This document shows, piece after piece, positions 50,209 through 63,300 of a DNA stretch of 64,000 nt. Source of the DNA: Takakia lepidozioides (Eukaryota; Plantae; Bryophyta); contig CM060734.1 of the NCBI GenBank assembly GCA_030704615.1, positions 6,262,001 through 6,326,000 of the forward strand. The letters are read 5' to 3'. The notes under the pieces are model-generated. The model saw nothing but the letters and a program-made list of their open reading frames with translations, was not told the origin of the DNA and made no database searches. The position numbers were made by a program, and so were the translations under genes. Each line of letters starts with the position of its first letter. Position 1 is the first letter of the stretch.

Positions 50209-50904
50209 TGTGTGGACTAGTGACTGCCATAGTGGGCAGCATAGTGGCAGCCTAGTGATTGACTAGTTGTAGCCTAGTGGTTGGACTAGTGGCTGGACTA
50301 GTGGTGGACTAGTGGTATACTAGTGTGTGGTGTGCACATGTGTTGTGTGGTTTTGGACAGCGATGTAGTTGTGTGGCGATATGTATGCGCACGACAGCTG
50401 TCAAGTTATCTTACCACTAGTGTGAAACTAGCTAGGAAATAACTAGCTTTTACATATTGACATTTGGGATTGGCCCAAGTGTCAATCCAGGGGTCAAGGC
50501 AGATTTAGGCCCTGGAGTGGTTATCTTCACGGCAAGCGCGGGAGGCTCATCTTTCTCGAGTTGAGCCTCACCGTGCCTAGCTATAGCGCCGTAGTGTGGA
50601 TTCCCCATGGCATGGGGTGCACTTGGCTTGACTTGTATTTGAGTGATGAGGTTATATATGCATGAGTTTATGCTTCAGCTTTGTGAGCTTGTGCTTGTAT
50701 TCTTCTTCTTTATCATTGTGTGGACTAGTGACTGCCATAGTGGGCAGCATAGTGGCAGCCTAGTGATTGACTAGTTGTAGCCTAGTGGTTGGACTAGTGG
50801 CTGGACTAGTGGTGGACTAGTGGTATACTAGTGTGTGGTGTGCACATGTGTTGTGTGGTTTTGGACAGCGATGTAGTTGTGTAACGATATGTATGCGCAC
50901 GACA
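50209..50904 (+). repeat. 3' composite terminal repeat A1(50209-50396)-GC-B2(50399-50715)-T-A2(50717-50904)
   Basis: A1 and A2 are 188-bp near-identical direct repeats rich in ACTAGT; B2 matches B1. Confidence 0.93.
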
Positions 50905-53900
50905 CAACCCTGGTTACACTGTTTTAACTTAGAGATTACCAAGCAGCTAGCGTGATGGGCTTTTCAGATTACATAACACCTGTTTCAAGGTTGCCAAGCG
51001 ATGTCATTGGAACCATCTTTTGAATTTGAAACAGGTTCAGTTTTACTATGTTGACTTGGAAAGTACCAAGCAGTGCTTGACTTGGAAGAATACCAAAGCA
51101 GTGGTCTTGTTGGGCTTTTTCAAAATACAGAGGGGCTGGTTTAACTTATCAAACTAGCCTTTTGGAATACCCTTTGAGTTGGTGTTGTCTATAAAGTTCT
51201 GATTATGCTCATTGTAGCACTCCACTCTGATTGAGTTTTGGAGAGATGATTGGAAAACCAGATCCAGACCTTTGTGCATTCATGGAACATAGACATAGCA
51301 TGCTGGCTGGTCTACATTATCAGGCTGGGCTCTTGGAATTGCAACACCTGCAACTCATTCTTAAAGGCTCAAGTGTTTATGCTGATCTGGTATGTACCAA
51401 AGGTGGTGTTGGTCCCGATTGTTTTATAAGAAAAACAAGACTCCTTCAATGATGAATGACATATTCTGAATCTAGGGTGATGGTTGTTTTGGAAATCCCA
51501 CCCTCCCACCCTAATTTTTCATGTGTTTTCAGGAAGATGACATGAGTTTTTATCAGGTAAGATACTGCCTATGGAAGGTGAAGTTAGATAGTGCCTTGTT
51601 ATGAGGCTGATTTGTCGTTAATTTGACAAAGACCTTGTTTGGTCTTGTCCATGTCCCGACAAGACATAGTATCTTCCCTCTCTATTCTTGACCAGTGTAC
51701 TTAGTGGTTTCTGTACACACACTCTCTCTCTCTCACCTGCCATTTTCCAGTTTTCTTACTATGATGTACTAACACCTTTAATGGCTTTTGCATGGGTCTA
51801 GGAAAGCCATGGGGGTATCAGCCCCCTATACCTCCATAACAATAGTGTGGAACAACAAATACCTCATAAGGTATGATGATCCTCTCCAACAAAAATTTGT
51901 TGGCGGATTGGACAACGAGAGAAAGGCATCGCTGATATTACTTGAAGAACATCTAAGGGTTTCTTGCATACTGATATTATGAGCTAGGCCCGGGTAAAAC
52001 AGCCTGTTAGAGTATGTGTGTACACCTTCTACATGATCCGGTCAATGCACTTTACACCTGTTAACTGGTAACCTGTAGTTGATGCCTTATGTCAGCATCA
52101 GATCCCTTATGATGAAAAGCCTTCCCTACTCGTGGGCTTTAATATTTCTCCTGGATGTGGGTTTGCTCTTTATAGCACCACTAAAAAAATGCCCAGGTGT
52201 AACGTGATATGTCCTTTTTCCATACCTTAAGGAAATCTGGTTTTAAAACCATAAAGCTGGCTGATATGGTGAAAAGATGGGCAGCAGATTGTTGCCAATG
52301 TTCTTATTCACATGTTCATGTTGTGAATCACGGGCAGTAGACTACTGCCACTGGCTGAAGAACACAAGTTCTTATTCATACCTTTGGAAAAACGGTTCTA
52401 ACCATAAAGTTGGCTGATATGGTGGAAAAATGTGCAGTAATTTACTGCCATCGGTTGAAGAACACCTGTAATTTTTGAACTCTTGCGTGCCCAGCTATAT
52501 GAATGTTTTGTCCATATTTTCTCTTGACTTGGGAAGCAGAGACTGTAGCTTTTTAACCAAAGATAAAACTACATCGCACGGAGATCCTTCCTTGGTCTCT
52601 ACTTCTTTACAAGAGCTCGTTGACAAGATAAGAGGTAACATGGAAAACGCATGACTCTATATTTTTGCCAAGTTTGATTTATGCTATGCCAATGTTCACT
52701 CGTGATCTGAGGGCAGAGAGAATGTAGACCTTTTATCTTTTTGGTATTCAAGTCCAAGGATAGAACTACATTGTAGAGGGAGAGCCTTATGAGAATGGGT
52801 CTGGTATGCACTCCCTTACGGGGTGAGTGCATACCACACTCACTCCATAAGGGACTGCCATGCCAGGGGTTGGATGGTGGGCGCCCCCTCTCTCCCTCTC
52901 TCTAATTATCTGTTTGGGATTAACAAATTTTTTCCTAAGCCTACTTGGTTTGGAAATACCTTCTTTCTAATCCCTGATGGAATATGTTTTGAATTTCATC
53001 CATTCCGGATGAAAAATATGCCAGGTATAATCCCTAATTGGATGAATTATTGTCTTGAGCTTTACCACTAAGGATGTAGCCTGCAATTCTTCATCCATGA
53101 CGGATTACATCCATCCTGGATGTTACCCTAACGGATGTAACTCTAATGAAGTGCAAAATTTCATCCCAATGGATGAAATCACGGGATGGTTTGCTAACCG
53201 CCTCTCTACCCTAAGCACGGCACGATACTCGTGCTTGTTTTCTCTGGAGGATGGCGATGGCAGCTGAGCTAAGTGCTCGAGCATCACGATCCGCGTGCAT
53301 TTTGTTTTTTCTTGCGCGATGGCGACAGGCCCTTCTGTTTCCCGCACTGGCAAATGACCTACTGCTGTGTTTGCATGCAATCTTTCTTATTCATGAAGCA
53401 GCAGCGCTCATAAGGTGATGGGGGAAGTATCATGCACTTTGTAAAATATGCAATTTGTCCTCAAGTATCCCAATTTGTTGCATTCTGCTGTGATCTCTTG
53501 AGATTCAGGTGTTGAATGCCGCAGCGTCCCACTCCACAAACGATTAAAGTTCTTTGTGGTGTCGCATCCATGTTTTACTTTTGATCAATTTATGCATGTT
53601 GGACATGGATAGCAACTGTGAAGACCTGCTACTCACCTCGTGCATCCTCACTAACACACATCTTGATGTGGTGGTTTTTGGGACGGGCACAGGTGAGGGT
53701 CTTCACTTGATGTGTATTTTTTTAAGTTTGCAGATGATCAAAGGACTTGGCGATGGTGACGATTGACGCTACATACAGCTTCAGTGGGGCATCTGATACG
53801 ATTCGGCCTCTCAACCTTAATCCTTTTTGGTTTTTATGGGTCGTAACCTGATTATAAGTCAGTTTTCTGGTATGATACCAGTCTGAACTTTGGCACCATA

Positions 53901-54616
53901 TTAGTGGGGTTTTCGACCCGATTGTAAATCAGTTTTCTGGCATGATACCAGTCTGAGCTTCGGCTGCATTTTGATATGGTGCTAGAGTACCATCTCCAGA
54001 CCTTATAAGGCTATCCAATGATGCTTAAGATAGGCCTTCTTATGCTGATTTAACACGGTAAGTACCAAGCGGTAGTTTTTGAACATTGAGGTCAGAGTTC
54101 TAAATTTAAAACAGCCGTGGTTACACTGTTTAAACTTATAGATTACCAAGCAGCTAGCGTGATGGGCTTTTCAGATTACATAACACCTGTTTTAAGGTTG
54201 CCAAGTGATGCCATTGGAACCATCCTTTGAAACAGGTTCAGTTTTACTATGTTGACTTGGAAAGTACCAAGCAGTACTTGACTTGGAAGAATACCAAGCA
54301 GTGGTCTTGTTGGGCTTTTTCAAAATACAGAGGGGCTGGTTTAACTTATCAAACTAGCCTTTTGGAATACCCTTTGAGTTGGTGTTGTCTATAAAGTTCT
54401 GATTATGCTCATTGTAGCACTCCACTCTGATTGAGTTTTGGAGAGATGATTGGAAAACCAGATCCAGACCTTTGTGCATTCATGGAACATAGACATAGCA
54501 TGCTGGCTGGTCTACATTATCAGGCTGGGCTCTTGGAATTGCAACACCTGCAACTCATTCTTAAAGGCTCAAGTGTTTATGCTGATCTGGTATGTACCAA
54601 AGGTGGTGTTGGTCCC

Positions 54617-55271
54617 AATAGCTGGTTCAGGAACAAGAAAGAAGCCATAACGCTCCGTTGGCAATCAACAATCTACTTTCCACTTTGCATGTTAGGGCAG
54701 TATTTGCTGTGGTTGGTGAAGCAGCTCGATTTGATGAGGTGTTTTGTGATGATGAAGATCACATGTTGGCCTACATAACTGCTACATTGGAAGAGCAAGA
54801 CGCCAATGAGTTGAGGATTGCTTGTGAAGATGATTCACTGACATCACGCCTGTAGCTGAGACGAGACATTATAGCAAGGAAGAGACACAACACTCTAATA
54901 GTGGCGATGAGAGATGTGAGGCTCTCTCTAGCTCTGGGAAAGGTGGAGATTTGGAGGATGGGAGGACAATGCCAGTCGACCAGTTGACTGATGACCCTCC
55001 ACGAACCTTGTATCAGCAAAATGAAGTGGCTCTGGGTGTCAAAGAGGATCATGTTAGTCTGCGTGAAGAGGCACCTGAAACTGATGTGCAACGGTGCAAT
55101 GCCACACATGGTCTGAAGAAAAGATGGATACAAGAGTTCGAGGTGGCAACCATGAACTCTGACAAGGAGAAGATGGAGCTAAGGCAGCAGCTGATGGCGA
55201 TGGTTAATTATGAGTGCGAATTGTTTGCCAACCATGGGCACAGCACGACACTACAACTAAGGGAATCATAG
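54617..55271 (+). pseudogene. Unidentified coding-like fragment (acidic, helical)
   Basis: ORFs 54658-54855 and 54951-55271 have protein-like composition but no recognised motif. Confidence 0.25.
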
Positions 55272-55469
55272 ACTCACCTGGGCAGCCCTCAAGGGGTCAG
55301 TGCAGCCATCACAGAAAGGGGCGATGCCCCAGAAGCCAGTAAGTACGTACCACCAAACCCGGAAGCTGTCTCTGGAGTTCCACTTTTTTAGCAAACCTTT
55401 TAGGTTGCGTAGGCAGTTAGGCAAACGGCCATTAACGACCGCAGATTGTAACGGCTCTTTCGAGCATAG

Positions 55470-55477
55470 TATAAAAA
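55470..55477 (+). promoter_or_regulatory. Putative TATA box of the BZW gene
   Basis: TATAAAAA followed by a CT-rich leader, upstream of the first coding exon. Confidence 0.45.
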
Positions 55478-55853
55478 GGCTGCACGCAACTTAGAAATTA
55501 CTCTTCTCCCCCTTCCCTGCGCAGTGTCGCATCGGAAAGCCTTACGGCGTACTGAGAGGTTATTTTCTCCTCTCTCTATCAGGGGGCCTGATTTGTGAGC
55601 TGTCGCTCCTAGGTGTTTCCCTTTAAAAAAGAAAAAATTAGAAAAAAAATAATTTGTTGTAGGCTTTCCACGAGGGATACTTTTTGTAGGGTGTACGGCA
55701 ACGAAGGTTAGGGCAGGAGAGGCGAGAGCTCTGCCCTCGCTCGATTCCACTGTCAGTTTTGAAGCTCGTGTTGTCGTTCTGCTCCGTGTGATCTCTACGC
55801 GTAATACTGCTGTCTGTTCCCCAGCCTTCTGTGGTTTTGCCGTTGGCATTGTG

Positions 55854-58800
55854 ATGTTAAACAGCTCAAAGGAGAAGCCGACGCTCGGGTATGTGTGCAA
55901 CCATAACCTTTGGTCAATCTACCCGCATCCCTTTTCTGCACACAGCTATGTTTTTGGTGAAGATGTGCTTGGGAAATGCGTTTCCAAGTGCTATAAGTTT
56001 GTGGAATTTCATGATCTAGGTTTTCTACTCTTTTTTAAGTCGTTTCCGTGCTTAAGTGTTAGGACGGAAGATTTCTTTGTTGAAAGTTTCTTTTATGTTA
56101 CGAAGCAAAAGGGGTTGCAGAGTATTTTGGTGTAATAGATGTTGGCAGTGCCTTATGTCTCAAAGCTGTTGTTTGATTGCAGCGGTACACGGATCAAAAC
56201 CCGCAAGCGGAACATCGCAGTTCCGTTAGACACTGCGACGTTTTCAGATGCTGTGGTGCAAATCTACCTCGCGCATGAGGGTGACTTGGTATGTTTTCTC
56301 CTTCACTCTTGGAGGCTCTGCTCTTGGGTGTCCTAAATGTTTGGTGATTTGTCATGGATGGGTTGCCTGGCTGCCATCTGCTGTGGCTTCATTGTCCTCT
56401 GCAATCATTCTCTCTTGCGCTGGTCAATCCTCGGCCCCCCCCTGGTATTGTATAAATGCCCCGTTCTCTCTCCCCATCACAATCAACTACAAAGTGAACA
56501 ATCTCCTTTAGCCTGTAAATATGCCAAATCTGGTGCAGGAACTTATCGCCAAGGATATTGATGCGGCTGACCTTGACTTTCAAAGATACGGTGACACCTT
56601 CTTCGAGGTGAGTTACGTTTTTGTTCCTTGTGGATTTTGTTTAGGTCACAACTGGCCCATAAGGTGTTAAGAGAAGATAATAGTGTTCGGAGGAGAAGGA
56701 TGAGTTCCCCCTTACACTGGAGGTTTTGGGATATATAAACACCTTTAAGGAGCCTCAAATATCCGACCATACCATGTACTTTGCCCTTTGTACATCGTTG
56801 TGCTGTGTCCCAGGTCTTAGGATGAAAGGTGGAGTTAGTGCAATGAGATTTTTAATTTTATATTTGATGCTAATGCCTCGTCATTGTTAGTCCATTGCTC
56901 CATTATTATGTGTGTAGGTTTGTAGATTTCACCTTATCTCTGGTACACCTATGACAGTCACAACCATGCTTAATAAGAAATTGTCAAGTGTTATTCCTAA
57001 GAAGGGCAAGTTTAGCTAGCTATGATGGTATGCGAGGTTCTGAGTTTAGAAATAAATATTCTCTTAATTATTAATCACATTTAAGAAAGCAAGACAGAGT
57101 TTTCTTTCAGACCTAATATGTGGTAGGGGGTCAATGTAGGTGGTGTTCACTGGCGGGCGCAATCAGCCAGGCACGACTAAACCCGAGGAGGGTGACCGGC
57201 ATCCATATTCAGTGTTGAACTGTGAAGCCACACGGGAGAGTATTTTGCCTTACGTGCTCTATTTTCAGAAGATAATCCGGCGCCGGCCGTTCATGATCAA
57301 GAACCTTGAAAATGTCATGCGCAGACTCCTGCAGTCTTTGGTGGGTTGATATGTGTCTGCCGATTGATTGTTTCTATTGTCTAGTTGCTGACCATATCTC
57401 TGATCTGCCTGTTAGATGTGTAGGTAAGGCTTTCTTCTTTGTGGAATCAGAGTTGTTGTATCATAACAATCTCTTGGACTCAGGGCAGTCGTCAATCATC
57501 AAGGAGATTCATGATGGGACTGATCAAAGATCTCTTAGTAGTTGCTGGAGGAACAAGTTTCATATTGGGAAGCAAGCAGTTAGGCTGGTATGTGTGATGT
57601 ACCCCTCATGGCACTGTGGGATCAATGGGGCAGGAGTTGTATGGAGCAGAGGACAGAAAGAAGCTGGCCATACTTACGGCACTCACATTTTCACAAAAAT
57701 TGTCTGGGCTGCCACCAGAGACGATATTTGCTGCGCTACTCAGTGACAGCTTGGTGGCCAAAGGCACTGTGTTGGGCTTTGTGACAGATGCCTTCACGGA
57801 GTACTTGGTGGAAAACAGCCTGGATGATCTGATTGGCCTTCTGAAAAGAGCAAAAATGGAGGATCGCCTCCTGGACTTCTTCCCTATGCAAAAGCGCACT
57901 ATCGAAGCCTTTGCGGAGCATTTCAAGTATGTGTCAGCCTTGTTGAGTTCATAGTTAACTTTCTTGTAATCATTTTGTCTTTTGTGTGGGAGGTTATACC
58001 CATGTCTCTTTCTTGGTTTCAAGATGTGGGCTGTATTGATTTCCATTCTCAGGTCACATGTCAGACGAAGCCAAGTTTCAAGCAAATGACTTTTGCATGT
58101 ACCTGTGGCTGGGGTCCCTAGTTTGATACTGGGATAGCATTCAAAATGAATGCCTGGACAAGACTCTATACCTTGTGGAGGCAAATGACTGTTTAGGTAC
58201 AAATGTCACTGACAGGTACTTGTATGAAATGCAGTAAGGAGGGACTGGGAATGCTTGTCGAGTACAACACCAAGAAGGTGTTTGATGTGAAGCTGAAGGA
58301 GTTGCGGACAACACTGACAGATCAGATTGCAGAGAACATTGATGTGGCAGAGGTGACTGAGATGGTTAAACAGCGCTGCAAGGAGGCCAGCCTACCTGAT
58401 GTAGATGTGGTGCGCACCATTTGGGATTCTATCATGGATGCGGTACAGTGGTCAGGCAAGAACCAGCAGCAAAATTCCAATCTTGCACTGCGTCAGGTGT
58501 GTTAAAGTGGGGGGGTTCTTTTAGCCCACTTATGTTAGGTAGGTCATCTCTCTCTCTCTCTCTTCCACTCAAACTGGGCACAGGGTCGATGGCCACAAGG
58601 CTGGCCTATGGTTCCGCCTCTGGTCTTGTGGGATCAAGGGAAAGATGTGGAGAGTTGTCCACAACTTGTATGCTCACACCAAAAGCTGTGTCACTGTTAA
58701 CGGACAGAAGTCCAACTTCTTTGACATAGACCAAGGTGTAGCTCAAGGATGTACTCTCTCCCCTCTGCTCTTCAATGTTTTCATCAATCAACTCCTCGAG

Positions 58801-61800
58801 GATGTGGAAAGTGAGGGATTTGGGTTAAGGGTGGGTGATACCACCATACCAGCCCTTATGTTTGCGGATGACTTCGCAGGCATAGGGGAGACTCCAACCA
58901 ATCTCCAGGAGTTGATTGATTGCGCGAAGAGATACTTTGATCTTTGGGGGCTAGAGGCTAATGTCAGCAAATGTGCAGTGGTAGCATTCAACGACAGAGA
59001 GGAGAGGGAGGAAGTGATCTTAAGTGGCAGTGGGGTAGTCAAGAGATCCCGGTCCTCCCTTCCTACACTTACCTGGGCGTTGAGTTCTCCTCCAATTGTA
59101 ATTGGGATGCACATATCCGGAAAGTTGTTCAAACTGGCAAGGGCAAAGCTCTGGGGCTCACTAAATTTTTCCACTGCAGTGGGGTCAACTCTGAGGTTAA
59201 GAAAACCATGCTTTGTCGCGTTATTAGACCTGCCTTGGAGTACGGATCTGCTATATGGGTTGATAACTCCAACCAGGCTAAGTCTCTAGAATCCATTCAA
59301 GTGGGGGTGCTTAAGGAGTGTATGTCAGCATGCTCCAAAACAGCCAATGTGGCTGTTCGGGGTGAGTTTGGCATTCCGTCCTTAAGCTCCCGACAAGATG
59401 AATTCAAGGTCAGATGGTGGGGTCAGCTGCAACATATGCCCAACACCAGATGTCCTAAGTTAATCGACTCTATATCTTGGAAACAGGACCGCCCTGTCAA
59501 ACAGGCTAAGTCCTGGCAGAAGAGAGTAGAAGAGATCCTCAAGGACCTGGACCTGGATCCGCAAGTCTTGACCCTGCTGGATAAATCTGACTTAGAGGCT
59601 GTAGTGTCCTCAGCCATGTCTGTTGCCATGAGATTGTCTGATGAAAATGAAGTTAGGCAGAAAACTTCCCTGAACTTGTTTCCAGTCTGTGACATGGGGG
59701 AGGACATCTTGGATGACCTCAAGGGTCTACCCACTCTCGGCACTAGACTGAAATTTAAACTCAGGGCAGGAAGCCTACCTTTGAACAGCAAACAGAAGCA
59801 GAGAGGAAAGGGAGAGTGCAATTGCCCGTTGTGTGGGCAATCTGAAGACATTATTCATGCTCTGCAGGAGGCACTGTCCGGGGTTCTCTCACCAAAGATA
59901 CGCTCGCTTTCAAATCTTTTAATGGTATTGTGCCCTGTACCCCTGTTTTTACTAACTTTGAAAGTCTCGAGGCTGAGCCAAAAGCCCAGGCCCTCCTGAG
60001 GCCTAGTTTTTGGGCAAATCACACACAGCAGATTGATGCTTGTCTGAAGGGATTTCTAGAGGATATCTGGAAAACCCGGATTAATTCTATATATGGAGGT
60101 AAGTCTTACTACCAACGTCATCCCCTGACAGAGGTAGGTTATGTCCCTTTTGTTCCAGCTCAAACTGGGCGCGGGGTCAATGGCCACAATGCTACAGCAA
60201 ACAACGTCTTATGAGTACAATCTCTCTCTCATGAAGTTAGGCATAGAAGTTTACCTGAACTTGTTTCCAGTCTGTGACATGGGTGAGGACTACTACTCTT
60301 GACACTCGACTGGAATTTGAACTCTGGGTGGGGAGTCTACCCTTGAACAATAACCAGATGTAGAGAGGAAAGGAAGATTGTCAGTGCCTCCTGTGTGGCC
60401 AGCCTGAAATTGAAACCATTTTTGATACAATGTCCAGAGTATTTTCATCAGAAAGAGACCCTCTTCAGGTACATCAATAACATAGTACCTGCACCTCTGT
60501 TCACCAACTTCCTAAATCTTAAGGCTGAGCCTAAAGCTCTGGCCCAGTTGGGGTCTAAACTGCTGGGCGCACATACAGCAGATACATGCTTGTTTGAAGG
60601 GTTGTTCTCCAAATCTGGAGAGCCCGACCAAATTGTTTTTATCACATATAGTCCTACTACTGGAGTGAGCCCCCCACATTCGTTCTGCCGAAAGTGGGGG
60701 TAGAGTCAAGGCTATGGCTAACGTCTTATGACTACATTCTCTTTGTGGTTTTATGTTTGGTGTTTTTCTGTAATTTGAATGCTAAAACTATGTCTTGCCT
60801 GAGTCTTCTGTGTTGATCCAGAAACTCAGTGCCTCTGCACCTCTGTTGGGAATTGATGAAGTCAATGGGGAGTACGGCAGGTGGTCACTGTTATACAGGA
60901 TGTACTTGATTGTCTTGTGACTCTCCAAGTGATGAGGCACCATTCTTTCTGGTTTCCTTCCATTGTTTTGTTGCTCTTTCCTTGAGGTTTTTGTCCTGGT
61001 GCCTTAGTTCTCATCTTCTTTACTTTGGATGTCGTTATCTTTGGTTACCATTTCAAGTATGAGGTCAGAGTTTACTAGGTTCTTTGATTTACGTTTTCTG
61101 GGTTAGATTCTGGATTTGGATTTCTCTGGTTTTCTTGGGAGGATGCACAATACATCTGTGAAGAGAGATTATGTATGTTGACTGAGCTGTATAAGGTCAT
61201 GGAGAACAGGAATGGACTTCTCATATCAGTTGCATGTTGGACTGAGCAGGTTAAGACATGGGGGAAGCTGCTTGGGACGTTTTGCACGACAGCAAAGTTA
61301 GAGATGGACCTGATGTATAAAATCCAGATCCACTGCTATGAGGATGCCAAGCTTATGAAGCTGTTTCCAGAGATTGTGCGTGCCCTCTATGACCAGGATG
61401 TCCTTGCTGAAGACACTGTTCTCATCTGGTTCCGCAAGGGCACCAATCCCAAGGGACGGTATGTACTTTCATGTTGATGTGGTCATAGTGGTTTGAAACC
61501 ATTTGTGAGGGGGTCAAAAGATCTCTGCGAGGTGCATGTGGTCTTGGTGAGGTAACTGCACCTGGGACCCCAGGCAGCAATGAGAATATGTTGGTTGCTG
61601 CCACATATCTCAAAGTCTCCAGGTTTCCAGGTCAGCAAGTAAATGGCATCCCCCTCACGTCCGTACAGTTAAGGAGGCCTGTTGGGTTGTATATCAACGG
61701 TTGGAGAAATGAAGATATCAGCTGGATCGGGGATTGTCTTGTAGGCTTTCACAAGTTTTATGGCCTGGTGTATGTTTTACCTTATAAGGAGCAGCATCAT

Positions 61801-61935
61801 GGGAAAGTAGTTCATAGGTGGTGGTTACAGGAGACCCTAATGGGATAAGGGGAGGTATGGTTCTGCAGGCAAACCTTTGTGAAGGGACTGGAGCCGTTTG
61901 TGAAGTGGCTGGAGGAGGCGGAAGAGGAGGATTAG
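55854..61935 (+). CDS. BZW2: BZW/5MP eIF5-mimic (W2-domain) protein; exons 55854-55888, 56183-56288, 56539-56607, 57140-57340, 57634-57926, 58235-58496, 61250-61458, 61869-61935
   Basis: GT-AG splicing gives (MLN)SSKEKPTLGGTRIKTRKRNIAVPLD...RYGDTFFEVVFTGGR...WSGKNQQQNSN...PKGRQTFVKGLEPFVKWLEEAEEED*, the plant BZW family sequence. Start codon tentative. Confidence 0.95.
58563..60220 (+). mobile_element. 5'-truncated non-LTR retrotransposon (RTE/RTEX-like RT, C-terminal CxxC..H) in BZW intron 6
   Basis: GVAQGCTLSPLLFNVFI, LMFADD, YTYLGV, RPALEYG, LRAGSLPL, CPLC..EDIIH; frameshifts; flanked by (TC)n at 58547-58562 and 60221-60230. Confidence 0.9.
60231..60740 (+). mobile_element. Older, shorter 3' fragment of the same LINE family
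   Basis: Homologous to ~59647-60220 (ATGAAGTTAGGCA..CCTGAACTTGTTTCCAGTCTGTGACATGGG); same terminus AACGTCTTATGA(G/C)TACA(A/T)TCTCT. Confidence 0.8.
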
Positions 61936-62399
61936 CCAGCACTAGCCAGCAAGTTTGATGGACCTGGCCCAGTTTCAGCATAAATGAATGTATTCTTCAT
62001 TTGCTTTTGCCTTGGTTGAGCTTAGTGCTTTGCTTGTGGTCTTACTTTGCAAAGTTATAGTTTTCAGTAACAGATAAGATTATAGCCTATAGCAGCCACA
62101 TGGCTTTACTATTTGCTGCTGCTTGCATGTCTTTTCATTTAGACTGTTTTGGTGGCTCAATTATCTATGGCCCTTCATGGTGGGAATGTGTGCCATTGAT
62201 TCAAGCTGTTTATATAAAGCACATATATTTGATATTTATATATGGCCATCTTCATATCGCTGTTACACTTATGTGTGTTAAGGAACTGAATTTGAAGCTA
62301 GGTTGTGATCTTGAGATGATCCTGCCCTAAGTTTGATGCTTGGTTTTGTAACACACTCTTGACTATGTAGACGAAGGTGAAGTCTAGAGGATGATGTTA

Positions 62400-63300
62400 C
62401 GGCAGTGTAGAAATAACATAACACCCTCCGACCTCCTTGCTATTTGTGCTCCTGGCTTCTAGACCGAAACCCACCTTTTTTTCATTTGTACTTGGTCCAC
62501 AACGGAGATAAAGCTCTTTTGCCATAGATCTTGTCGAGGACTGAAGGGGTGTAAGATGAAAGACTCGGATGTCAGAAAGATTGCAAAAGATTGCCTTTCA
62601 TGACCTTCGATGTCAGCAGTCGTAACAAGAAATATCCATATCCAGCCCCGGGTTGCTTATAATATCGAGTTGAGACCACTTTTACTCTGGATATCCATGA
62701 ATGCCTTCTGTGACCTGCCTCTGTGACCCTGTCAGAAATTCCTTTCTACTAGTAGCATTCCTTCACTCAAACTGTGAAGCTGCAGCCAGTCTTGGTAGTG
62801 AGTGAGAGGGAGAACCCCAAAATAGAGTGCACCCTCTCCATGATGAGCTTAAGAGGGTTTATCCAGGAGAGCTTGTACTTGCTTATCGTCTAGATTGATG
62901 GGTCTGTAGTCTGTACCATCTATCCAGAACCTGTTGCACGTATAGGAATCAGACTGGATTCCACAGAGATTTACCTCCGACTCTGACCACGAGTGTTCCT
63001 CAATGATCTGGGGATCCCCTTGATCAACCAGCTATTTTGGTTGGAAACTTTAACTTTAATTACTTGAGAGTCGTTGCTCGCCACACTGGGCACCTTGCAG
63101 ACGCTTGTCATTTCCTTCGGGTCTTACTCCCTTGTGGCAAAATTTATGATGAGATAACCTTTCCCTTCTCATGTTTGATGTGACGAACTTTCACCAGTAT
63201 GTGGTTTGCCAGATTTTCTGGCTCCTTAATTTCTCCATTTCATTGAAGTGTTTACAGGGCGATGTGGTATAAAGCCAGCGCTCTTTATACAGAAGACCGA
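62400..63300 (-). pseudogene. Possible decayed LINE ORF1/gag-like relic
   Basis: Minus strand shows broken zinc-knuckle-like remnants (CYDC..GH at ~62590-62625, AGHRRH at ~62700); no intact ORF. Confidence 0.25.

Larger units (their letters stand above)
38697..50904 (+). mobile_element. Ty3/Gypsy LTR retrotransposon carrying a C5 DNA methyltransferase and PHD finger, with split terminal repeats
   Basis: Ends TGTC...GACA. Flanks CAGC (38693-96) and CAAC (50905-08) versus single CAGC at the empty site near 54112. Domain order PR-(DNMT)-RT-RH-IN. Confidence 0.92.
35747..54616. repeat. Tandem array family 2 (~3.2-kb unit, two units plus ~260 bp), inverted distant relative of family 1, interrupted by the Gypsy element
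   Basis: AGCCTTTTGGAATACC landmark at 35747, 51156 and 54356. Blocks at ~36175-36270, 36440-36750 and 37370-37480 are reverse-complement homologs of family-1 sequence. Confidence 0.9.

Noticed and set aside
38697-50904. DIRS/PAT/Ngaro tyrosine-recombinase element
   Set aside because: It has an aspartic protease, HHCC-DDE integrase, PPT and apparent TSD; no YR motif was seen.
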